Positions 20,141-27,688 are shown, counted from the stretch's first letter. The stretch is DNA of 64,000 nucleotides from a candidate division WOR-1 bacterium RIFCSPLOWO2_02_FULL_46_20 (GCA_001771365.1 METP01000033.1:11325-75324), one strand, 5' to 3'. Notes: generated from the letters alone by a model not told the origin. Program-made: numbers and translations.

Positions 20141-20359
20141 ATGCACAGAACATTTATGTCAAATTTTGATACGGACGAAAAAGGCCCCAATAAACCGGCG
20201 ATTGCGCCCGGGAACGCCGAATCACCACCTATTAGTGTGACAGAGAAATTAGTACGGGAAGAAATTAAAAAACTTAGCGAAAACTCAGAAGAATTAAAAA
20301 GGCTTAAAGAGCAGATGGCTAAAAAGACAAAGCATGAAGAATCTAGTGGGCAAAAGTAG
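20141..20359 (+). CDS. Hypothetical small hydrophilic protein (72 aa) coupled to the peptidase-like gene
   Basis: Its start lies 3 nt after the upstream stop. The product is charged and Lys/Glu-rich (…EEIKKLSENSEELKRLKEQMAKKTKHEE) with no recognisable family. Confidence 0.35.
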   Translation: MHRTFMSNFDTDEKGPNKPAIAPGNAESPPISVTEKLVREEIKKLSENSEELKRLKEQMAKKTKHEESSGQK

Positions 20360-20380
20360 CGCCTCTAAATCTCAAGCTGA

Positions 20381-21946
20381 TTAGCAAATAGTTAATTGAG
20401 TTTCTTTGCCAGACCATTTTAAGTCGATTGATTTCAAAAGATGATTAGCCCTAACATTGCCCAGCTCTTTTGGTTCTATTTTATGCAAGCCCCCACCATA
20501 AGTTCTGCATTCACTTTTTAGCTCTCTATGAACCAGCTTATTAAGTTCGTTAAATATGATTTCTTGTTTTTTCAAATCATCAACAATATATTTATTTAGC
20601 TGCTCTTTAGGGTAAAGCATTAAATATGTATTTGTTGCAATTGCCTTGCTTTTATTCCAAACAAATCGAAATGCCTCTTTATTAGCGGAACTCCTCCCCA
20701 TATAAGTGCATAAATATAGTGCTGGTTGTCGTTTTTCTTGTTTATACCATGGATGCCTTCTACTCGGCATATATTTATTATTTATATTTTTGGCTTCTCC
20801 GCTAATTAAATAATTGTAAAGCCCAGGACAATCTATTTTAATCGCATCCAGTGATTCATTGGTATTAATTATAAATAAGCGTTGTTTTAGAATAGGGTAT
20901 CCAGAATGATCGCCATTAACTATTTCACATTTTAAATAGCGAGGGCTGGGCAATAGTGGCGTGAGATAGGTAGGCCTAATGTTCAAGGAGGAAACCACAT
21001 CCTCTGTTAAAATGAAGTAATCATTATCTCCTGTTGCTATTCCCCGCCTTATGTCAAATATGTCTGACAATAGGATATCATTGTCCTTGCGCACAATGAA
21101 ACTAATATTATTAGAGAAGTGTGACCATTTTCTGGTTGGGCTCAGCTGATCCAAAGAAATTGTTTGAGTTTTATGGGGCACCATTAATGATCCACCGGAT
21201 GTAAACATAACTGATGTGTCTTTGTCAGGCTTTTTGTTCTGAAAAACAATAATGCAAGAAGACACAAGCGCATCTGCAAACTGTAGATCTTCCGGGTTAA
21301 ATCGATGAATGCGGATAAGCTTTACATTTTCAGTTAAATATTTCTTGAGCATTATGCCATAGTTGATATCCATAAAATCAGATGGCACCAACCATATGCT
21401 TATGCCATCAATATCAAGCCATTGATGGGCGCAATAAATAAAATAACAATATAAACTGGTCAATCCACTAACATTAAATCCCGTTATGCTCCTAATTATT
21501 TCTTTTAATTTATGCTTATGAGTTATATCTAAATGATGATGCCTAGAGTAAGGGGGATTTGTTATTAATAAATTATATCGTTCATTTTGTTTCGGCTGGG
21601 CTAATGTAAAATCTTGCAGTTTAACATCTAATCCATATCTACTCCAATTAGAAATAGCAATACCCGCATAACCCTTATCTATTTCAAAACCCTTTGCAGT
21701 ATTTATCTTCTTCACACCAAACGTCTTTAGTATTGCTGAAAAAAATGAGCCAGAGCCAATTGCCGGCTCAAGAAAATTAACTTTATTGCCATTTATTAGG
21801 CTGGAAGCATATATAGCGATCTCTTTTGCTAGAGACGGGGGGGTAGCATATTGGCCAAGGATATTTCGTTCTTTTAATGTTTTAAAAGAATCAATATCAT
21901 CTTGTTTTGTTAATCGGTCATTTTCGAGAAGTTCTATGGAGTTCAT
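20381..21946 (-). CDS. Gamma-class N6-adenine DNA methyltransferase (Eco57I / PstI-BsuBI-like type II MTase)
   Basis: Motif I (LEPAIGSGSF, AdoMet binding) precedes motif IV (LITNPPY). A long C-terminal target-recognition region follows. Confidence 0.8.
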   Translation of the reverse strand: MNSIELLENDRLTKQDDIDSFKTLKERNILGQYATPPSLAKEIAIYASSLINGNKVNFLEPAIGSGSFFSAILKTFGVKKINTAKGFEIDKGYAGIAISNWSRYGLDVKLQDFTLAQPKQNERYNLLITNPPYSRHHHLDITHKHKLKEIIRSITGFNVSGLTSLYCYFIYCAHQWLDIDGISIWLVPSDFMDINYGIMLKKYLTENVKLIRIHRFNPEDLQFADALVSSCIIVFQNKKPDKDTSVMFTSGGSLMVPHKTQTISLDQLSPTRKWSHFSNNISFIVRKDNDILLSDIFDIRRGIATGDNDYFILTEDVVSSLNIRPTYLTPLLPSPRYLKCEIVNGDHSGYPILKQRLFIINTNESLDAIKIDCPGLYNYLISGEAKNINNKYMPSRRHPWYKQEKRQPALYLCTYMGRSSANKEAFRFVWNKSKAIATNTYLMLYPKEQLNKYIVDDLKKQEIIFNELNKLVHRELKSECRTYGGGLHKIEPKELGNVRANHLLKSIDLKWSGKETQLTIC

Positions 21947-21947
21947 T

Positions 21948-22898
21948 TTATAACCCCAATTTAATCATATCGTCAATTCGATGCTCCCAGATCCAATCAA
22001 TTCCTTCAGCAGCTTCATATCCAAGATAACCGCTATCAAAGTACCCACACAGGAAAAGCATAAAATTAATCTTTGCCCCATAAGTATCTTTGAGTTGCCT
22101 TATTTTTGTGGCCTCCTCTTTTCGTCTTTTATTTGTATTTGTAAAATCGCCCGCAGATTTGGCCTCAATTAATATGGGGTATTGATTTGCCCCGGCCTTA
22201 TTAGGCATAATTACTACGTCAATTGGTATATTTACTTTGTGTTTATTTCCAACAGAAATATTTAATCTAAAGGTGAAAGTGCCTTTTTTCATGTTCTGCC
22301 AATCAGTAATTTCGGAGGGGGATAAATATTTATAGCCTAGTTTTTCCAAGTATTTTAAAATATTCATCAATTGACGTTGTTCTTGAGCATTCCGTATAAT
22401 CGGGTCCGCTACTGCTCCACACAATCTATCTGCGATAATTGTTGATGCTCTTTCGCACTCATGAGCATCCGGGGTTCGATCTTCTTCTAGCCAAGGAATA
22501 ATATCACTATCAATCAATTTACATATTATCGAGCATATTCTATTCAAGTATTCATCGAGGACTTTCCCCTTCATTTGAGGTGGCAATTTCCCCTCCTCCA
22601 TACTGAGTATAAGATGCTTAGCGATAGAAGTTAATCCTACTAAACGATCTCTTGCGATTGGGGGACAGGTTGACATGCGTAATGTTTGAATAATGGACGG
22701 GTGTTTTTTAAGAATAGCTGGGGTGAGCTTCTGCAGATTGCTTGTTAATTTAAATGTTTCCAGGACTGTATTTGATGTATCTTTCCTGGTTATCCTAAAT
22801 GTTTTAGGGGCAAATTTTATAAACCACTTATTATAATAATCTACCGATTCAGCAATGTCTTTTTTCCATAAGGCAGGTTTATTTGCGTTGATTGCCAT
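21948..22898 (-). CDS. Restriction endonuclease candidate (PD-(D/E)xK), partner of the MTase
   Basis: The C-terminal …PIDVVIMPNKAGANQYPILIEAKSAGD gives a D…(E)AK PD-ExK pattern. The stop abuts the MTase start (1-nt gap). The start was placed at MAINANKPALWKK (22898). The ORF tool extends to 23138 through a non-conserved Cys-rich stretch. Confidence 0.5.
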   Translation of the reverse strand: MAINANKPALWKKDIAESVDYYNKWFIKFAPKTFRITRKDTSNTVLETFKLTSNLQKLTPAILKKHPSIIQTLRMSTCPPIARDRLVGLTSIAKHLILSMEEGKLPPQMKGKVLDEYLNRICSIICKLIDSDIIPWLEEDRTPDAHECERASTIIADRLCGAVADPIIRNAQEQRQLMNILKYLEKLGYKYLSPSEITDWQNMKKGTFTFRLNISVGNKHKVNIPIDVVIMPNKAGANQYPILIEAKSAGDFTNTNKRRKEEATKIRQLKDTYGAKINFMLFLCGYFDSGYLGYEAAEGIDWIWEHRIDDMIKLGL

Positions 22899-23083
22899 GA
22901 TAATGGGGTTATTATACCATATACCAAAAGAAGAATAACAATGGCATATCAACCCACAAAAACACACTAGTGCCAGAATGTTTTTATTACAGTTTATCCT
23001 CAGAAGGATTCTCAAGAAGCGGTTTTTTCGACGTATGGGGGAGAAAAACCGCTTCTTCGACAAACCTACATTCTGTGCAAGTC

Positions 23084-23169
23084 TTTTTTCTTGCATCCAT
23101 GAATGGTGTTGGGTATAATCAATGAGATAGCCCGGCATTGAATGGTTTGAGAACCAGAGGGTCGAGGCA
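23084..23169 (+). promoter_or_regulatory. Near-consensus sigma70 promoter (TTGCAT-17-TATAAT, 23091-23119) plus a 40-nt leader gcccggcattgaatggtttgagaaccagagggtcgaggca; copy A of a duplicated module
   Basis: Read directly from the sequence. About 85 nt are shared with 30144-30228 (ttcttgca.cc.tgaat.g.gttgggtataat … gcccggc..tgaatggtttgagaaccagagggtcgaggca). Confidence 0.6.
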
Positions 23170-23280
23170 TTTGAATTTTACCGCAAACCATTCCGTGCCG
23201 CGCTGGCCCTTCTGATTATACTCAACCCTCCCCAGCGGGCGCGTACCTTCAGCCCCCACTCGCATAAATGGCGCCCGCTG
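23170..23280. repeat. Direct repeat copy 2 (right boundary of the R-M island)
   Basis: The first 92 nt are identical to copy 1. Both copies contain the stem ccagcgggcgcg … ggcgcccgct. Confidence 0.9.
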
Positions 23281-23558
23281 ACAAGTAAATCGACACGATT
23301 TATTTTTTTGCCCTTGACACTGCTGAATTCTCTGCCATATAATTCCACTTAGTGGTAAGGGGGAATTCGCTAAGATGGATCATCTATCTGTCTAAAAACC
23401 AGTCCCTCCACTTTTTAATAAGGTGCGGCCCGGATTTCTCTTCTTGACAGAGGCAAACTAAAATAGCATAATTTGTTTGTAAATGCTTCAAAGAGGGGAA
23501 CGGCGGAGTCAATCAGCCCATTTTGTGTCAGTATCGCAGATTTTCCGGGACGGTATAA

Positions 23559-24074
23559 ATGGTTAAAGACAAGATAGATCAAATACTTGAAAAGATCGAT
23601 TCGTTAGAAACCGGTCAGAAGTCATTAGTAGCCGGTCAGAAGTCATTAGAAACCGGTCAGAAGTCATTAGTAGCCGGTCAGAAGTCATTAGTAGCCGGTC
23701 AGAAGTCATTAGAAACCGGTCAGAAGTCATTGGAAACCGGTCAGAAGTCATTGGAAACCGGTCAGAAGTCATTAGTGGCCGGTCAGAAGTCATTAGAAAC
23801 CGGTCAGAAGTCATTAGTAGCCGGTCAGAATAAAAATTATGGTTTGATTCAAAAACAAGGCATCATGCTGGAACAGGTCGCTTCTGATGTAAAAGCAGTG
23901 GCGGAAGGACATGCGGCAATAAGGAATGAAATGCAAAGAGGATTTGAAGAAGTTAAAGAACAAATAAAATTCGTGGATGATAAATTGGGATTTGTAGCTA
24001 ATCAGCTTGGCGAAAAAATCGATCGCGTTGAGCAGAAACTGGACGAGCACGTCAAACTGCCAGCACATGTTTAG
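23559..24074 (+). CDS. Tandem-heptad-repeat protein (ETGQKSL / VAGQKSL, about 17 repeats) with a coiled-coil-like C-terminal domain
   Basis: Built from 21-bp DNA tandem repeats (23607-23830). Two upstream sigma70-like promoters lie at 23315-23343 (TTGACA…CATATAAT) and 23444-23471 (TTGACA-16-CATAAT). No signal peptide is present. Confidence 0.6.
   Translation: MVKDKIDQILEKIDSLETGQKSLVAGQKSLETGQKSLVAGQKSLVAGQKSLETGQKSLETGQKSLETGQKSLVAGQKSLETGQKSLVAGQNKNYGLIQKQGIMLEQVASDVKAVAEGHAAIRNEMQRGFEEVKEQIKFVDDKLGFVANQLGEKIDRVEQKLDEHVKLPAHV
23607..23830 (+). repeat. About 10.5 tandem copies of a 21-bp unit (gaaaccggtcagaagtcatta / gtagccggtcagaagtcatta) inside the CDS
   Basis: Read directly from the sequence. 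The repeat is in-frame, so each unit encodes one heptad. Confidence 0.9.
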
Positions 24075-24143
24075 GATAATTTTACCCCCCCATTCTAATC
24101 GCGGATTCTTCCTTAATCCTGCCAGTATTTTTGAGGCCTTACT

Positions 24144-24617
24144 GTGAAAAAAAGAATAAGGCCAAAGACCATGCCTGCAAATATTAAACCAAAATCTTTT
24201 CCCATCGTCGGTATCGGTGGTTCGGCTGGAGGGCTGGGGGCATTCGAGGCACTGCTTAAAAATATCTCGGCTAAACCGGGAATGGCGCTAGTCTTTATTA
24301 TGCATTTAACCCCGGGCCATAAAAATCTCCTGCCGGAACTGCTGACCAGGGTGACGAAAATGCCGGTCAGTGAAATACAAAGCGGCCTGATCCCCGAGAT
24401 CAACCATGTTTATGTCAAACCGCCCAACACCGACCTGGCTATCGACGGCAGGAAATTTTTACTTAGCACCAGGGAAAACGCCAGTATCAGACATCTGCCC
24501 ATAGATTATTTTTTCCGTTCCTTGGCGGCAGAGTGCGGCAATAGAGGTATCGGAGTTATTCTGTCCGGCACCGCCACCGACGGGACACTGGGAGCCGGGA
24601 CGATCAAGTCCGCCTGA
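24144..24617 (+). CDS. CheB-type methylesterase catalytic domain, C-terminally truncated, with no receiver domain (possible gene fragment)
   Basis: IVGIGGSAGGLGAFEALL, VFIMHLTPGH and GTATDG match the Ser-, His- and Asp-containing blocks of CheB_methylest. The final roughly 35 aa of the domain are missing, and the ORF terminates before the convergent GT4 gene. Confidence 0.5.
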   Translation: MKKRIRPKTMPANIKPKSFPIVGIGGSAGGLGAFEALLKNISAKPGMALVFIMHLTPGHKNLLPELLTRVTKMPVSEIQSGLIPEINHVYVKPPNTDLAIDGRKFLLSTRENASIRHLPIDYFFRSLAAECGNRGIGVILSGTATDGTLGAGTIKSA

Positions 24618-24656
24618 CTTCCGCACCCGCCTGAATAACTAAAGCGGTAATAAATA

Positions 24657-25886
24657 TTAACCTTGAATAATATCTTCGTTCGGATGATCCAGGGCGATCA
24701 GCAAAGCTAAATAATTCCTGAGCTTCCGGGTGATCAGGAATTTCTCCCGGACATGTTCCCGCCCATATTCTCCCATTTTTTTTGCCGCCTGGGGATTATT
24801 GATCAGATAACGGATTTGATAAGCGGTCCCCTCAATTGAATGGACAAGCAAGCCGGTGAAATTATGGATAATCTGCAAGGTGATCCCGCCGACCGCCGAT
24901 GCCACGACCGGCTTGGCTTTCCACAGCGCTTCGGTAACCGTCAGCCCGAATCCTTCCCGCAACGATTTCTGCACTATAACAGTTGACGCTCTTTGCAGGG
25001 CGTTAATCTCCAAATCCGCGTATGGCGGCAGCAGTAGAATGTGTATGTCAGGATCATTTTTAGCCGCTTCCTGCACCTGGTTCAGCACCTGCCCCCCTTC
25101 CGGATCATCGGTCGCTCCCCCGCCAGCCAGTACCAACTGGCAATCATTATGTCTCTTTACCAATTTGTAAGCTTCGATCACCCCGAGAGGGTCTTTAAGA
25201 TAATCAAACCGGGAAATTTGCGTGATGATCGGCCGCGACCGGTCAAGCTTATACTTGCGCGCGACCGTCTCAATCTCGGCAGCGGAAAGATCGCGGTTTT
25301 TTTCGGCTAACGGATCAATGGCCGGGTAGATAAAGTATTTTGGCGCGGCTAGCTTCCTGGCAAACCAGGGAGTGGAAAAGACCGAGGCGTCATATTTTTC
25401 AATATAGCCCTTGAGAAAATCCCAGACATCCGCTTGGGGATGGGAGGTGTCAATGTGGCACCGCCAGACCCATTTGGCTTTTGATCTCTCCTTGGCGGCA
25501 ATAAGACCCGCCGGCTGGGGGTCATGGACAATGACCACGTCCTCATCGAAGGACATTTCGGCAAGATTAGCTGCCGTCGTTTCCTGGAAAACCTTGAACA
25601 TTTCCGTGGAGATATCCGATTTAATCCCGTGCAGGGCGTTATGGAAAGTTTTGGTCACGCCAAAGAACGGTCCGCTCCCCTTGATCACGTCCCATTTGGT
25701 TTTAATGCCGAGCTCATTATAGAGCGGCACGACACGGGTCAGTATCTCCGCCACGCCGCCCCCCACCGCGGTTGAATTGACCATCCTGACGCGTTTACCG
25801 GCGGCTTTTTCCGCCAGCAGCATCAGTTCGTCAAAATTCTGCGGTCGGATGAAGCGAGAATATTCCGCTATCTTATTTTGAGCCAT
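24657..25886 (-). CDS. GT4-family retaining glycosyltransferase, TreT (trehalose glycosyltransferring synthase)-like
   Basis: The C-terminal EX7E motif REGFGLTVTEA is present. The N-terminal block VNSTAVGGGVAEIL…VIKGSGPFFGVTKTFHNALHG recalls TreT-type GT4 enzymes. The gene is the last in a trehalose operon. Confidence 0.55.
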   Translation of the reverse strand: MAQNKIAEYSRFIRPQNFDELMLLAEKAAGKRVRMVNSTAVGGGVAEILTRVVPLYNELGIKTKWDVIKGSGPFFGVTKTFHNALHGIKSDISTEMFKVFQETTAANLAEMSFDEDVVIVHDPQPAGLIAAKERSKAKWVWRCHIDTSHPQADVWDFLKGYIEKYDASVFSTPWFARKLAAPKYFIYPAIDPLAEKNRDLSAAEIETVARKYKLDRSRPIITQISRFDYLKDPLGVIEAYKLVKRHNDCQLVLAGGGATDDPEGGQVLNQVQEAAKNDPDIHILLLPPYADLEINALQRASTVIVQKSLREGFGLTVTEALWKAKPVVASAVGGITLQIIHNFTGLLVHSIEGTAYQIRYLINNPQAAKKMGEYGREHVREKFLITRKLRNYLALLIALDHPNEDIIQG

Positions 25887-26557
25887 TTAAATATCCTGCC
25901 GATCAAGCCATCTCTTTTCTTACGGACCAGAGCAATAATCCGGTCGCGGAGCTGGTCCATAGTGTAAATATAAGGGTCCAAAGCTTCGATCTTCTTTGCC
26001 AGAATTTCATCGCCGTAATTATCCTTGATCCAGTTTGAAAAGTCGTTGCTCCGTTTTGCCAGCCGCAGGCGCGCTTCAAAAAAGTGGAAAAAGAGGGAGC
26101 GCAGGCCGACTTTTTTCAACGCGGCGCAAAACTCATCATAATCCCAGGCCTCATACCTGGTCTTTAAAACGATACCGATCGCCCGGCAGAAATAAAAACC
26201 GCGCTTGGCCGGGACCGTCCCGCCAGCGGGATTCTGGTTTAAATAGCCGTCCAGTATCTCAACGATCTTGTCCCGTAGCGCCCCGAGTTCTGTATAGTCC
26301 TTGATATTAATATTGGCCAGACGCTCCGCCAGGACATGCTCGCCAATCTCTTCTTCCACCCAGTGGGCAAAATCGTTTGTGTAAACCCCGGGCGCGAACT
26401 GGTGTTCGCGGAAAGCGTGGTGGACGTGGTAAAAGATCGATGACTCATCTATCCCCTTCAATATTTCCCTGAATTCTTTGAGATCGCCAGCCTTCTGGCT
26501 GGTGATCTCCACCAGTTGGGAAGAGGTATAAAACTCAAAAGCTGTTTTGGCAGTCAT
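25868..26557 (-). CDS. Conserved hypothetical protein (229 aa) co-operonic with the trehalose genes
   Basis: The ORF overlaps the GT4 gene start by 19 nt. I recognise no family for it. Confidence 0.45.
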   Translation of the reverse strand: MTAKTAFEFYTSSQLVEITSQKAGDLKEFREILKGIDESSIFYHVHHAFREHQFAPGVYTNDFAHWVEEEIGEHVLAERLANINIKDYTELGALRDKIVEILDGYLNQNPAGGTVPAKRGFYFCRAIGIVLKTRYEAWDYDEFCAALKKVGLRSLFFHFFEARLRLAKRSNDFSNWIKDNYGDEILAKKIEALDPYIYTMDQLRDRIIALVRKKRDGLIGRIFKWLKIR

Positions 26558-26576
26558 TATATAATAATAAAAATAG

Positions 26577-26960
26577 TTATTCCTTGACCTTTGTTTTCAG
26601 TCTCTCAACTTCCTGCTTGAGTTCTTTAATTTGTTTGATCAAAAAGGGAATGTTCGGCTTATCGGTTTTATCTTGTGGAAAAGTTCCCGCGACGATCTCT
26701 TCAAAATTGGTGAACCGGTCCTGGTCAGAATCGATATCAGCGATCTTCGCAAAGTTATGTCCCGCGTTTTTGAAATCAAGGGCAAATGGGCCTTGCTCTT
26801 TCATTTTGCCTTTGACAGGATGGCAGGTGGAGCAGGCAGCTAGTTTTGTCCCTGCGGCATCCGGATAATTCTTTTTGAAGGATTCAAGATATTTAGGCGT
26901 AGCAAAAAGAGCGGAACTTGAAAAAATAGAAATCAGACTCACTAATAAAAGAAAACGCAT
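26577..26960 (-). CDS. Small secreted protein with a single CxxCH heme-c-like motif and a DxDxD Ca-binding-like (dockerin/EF-hand-like) segment
   Basis: The signal peptide is MRFLLLVSLISIFSSSALFA. The motifs are AACSTCHP and DIDSDQDRFTNFEEI. The C-terminus is a coiled coil (KQIKELKQEVERLKTKVKE). Confidence 0.45.
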   Translation of the reverse strand: MRFLLLVSLISIFSSSALFATPKYLESFKKNYPDAAGTKLAACSTCHPVKGKMKEQGPFALDFKNAGHNFAKIADIDSDQDRFTNFEEIVAGTFPQDKTDKPNIPFLIKQIKELKQEVERLKTKVKE

Positions 26961-26971
26961 AACTCCCCCCT

Positions 26972-27688
26972 TTATTTATCAACTAAACATAAAAGAAAAC
27001 GGTAAACTGCCGCGACATTAGCCAAATGGCCGTCAACCAGGCTACCTCCGCCGAACCCCACCTTAATAGAAAAACCCACCCCCTTTAACGCCCTAAAGGC
27101 GTCTTCATCAGTCTTATCGTCGCCGATATAAACAGGAGCATATTTTTGCAGCTTCAGGTTTTTAATAAGCCAGCGTACCGCCTTCCCTTTATCCCAATCA
27201 GCCGGCGGGCGGACATCAAATATTTTTTTGCCGGTCGTTATCTTAATGGCACGCCGCCACGGTTTAAGCGCCAGCTTAAAATCCCTTTTGAAAGCATGGA
27301 TAGCTGACATGGCAAGTGAGCGATAATGGACGCTAAGGGTCAAGCCTTTATCTTCAATCAATAAGCCCCGGTAATGGAGTTTGTTCTTAAGTTCGGCTTT
27401 GATCTTTTTTAGCAGCGGAAGTGTTTTTTTTGCGGCCGGATGCACCCAATGCTTCCCGCTGGCCAATATCTCAAACCCGTGGTTGCCAACATAAATAATA
27501 TTACGGATACCAGCCAGTCTTTTGACAACCGATAACTTACGGCCGGAGATGATCGCCAATTTAATTTCGGGATGGCGGGCTAACCGTTTGAGCAGTTTTT
27601 TTCTGGGCGCGGACAGGACTGCCCGTTGCGGATTTTCGACGATAGGCGTCAGCGTTCCGTCATAATCGAGCATCAGGAATAACTTCAT
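26972..27688 (-). CDS. otsB: Trehalose-6-phosphate phosphatase (HAD-IIB)
   Basis: Carries LMLDYDGTLTP (HAD motif I) and IGDDKTDEDAFRAL (T6PP motif). The start was placed at MKLFLM, which immediately abuts the otsA stop. Confidence 0.8.
   Translation of the reverse strand: MKLFLMLDYDGTLTPIVENPQRAVLSAPRKKLLKRLARHPEIKLAIISGRKLSVVKRLAGIRNIIYVGNHGFEILASGKHWVHPAAKKTLPLLKKIKAELKNKLHYRGLLIEDKGLTLSVHYRSLAMSAIHAFKRDFKLALKPWRRAIKITTGKKIFDVRPPADWDKGKAVRWLIKNLKLQKYAPVYIGDDKTDEDAFRALKGVGFSIKVGFGGGSLVDGHLANVAAVYRFLLCLVDK

Noticed and set aside
19218-23138. Whether the island is a prophage or ICE remnant
   Set aside because: There is no integrase, recombinase, capsid, terminase or conjugation gene between the repeats. 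Only R-M genes and the peptidase pair are present.
23131-23169. The 40-nt leader ending …gagggtcgaggca considered as a tRNA 3' fragment or mini-tRNA
   Set aside because: No acceptor or T-arm pairing can be drawn. It does not match GGTTCGAATCC-type T loops. It is better explained as a duplicated promoter leader.
23563-23814. Minus-strand ORF (MTSDRFLMTSDR…) and the 23814-24068 minus-strand ORF
   Set aside because: These are antisense shadows of the repeat gene. They are periodic because of the 21-bp repeat and have no independent signals.
23607-23830. A regularly spaced 21-bp repeat array that could be mistaken for a CRISPR array
   Set aside because: The repeats are contiguous with no spacers, are in-frame within a long ORF, and encode a clean heptad. 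No cas genes are nearby. This is a coding tandem repeat and not a CRISPR array.
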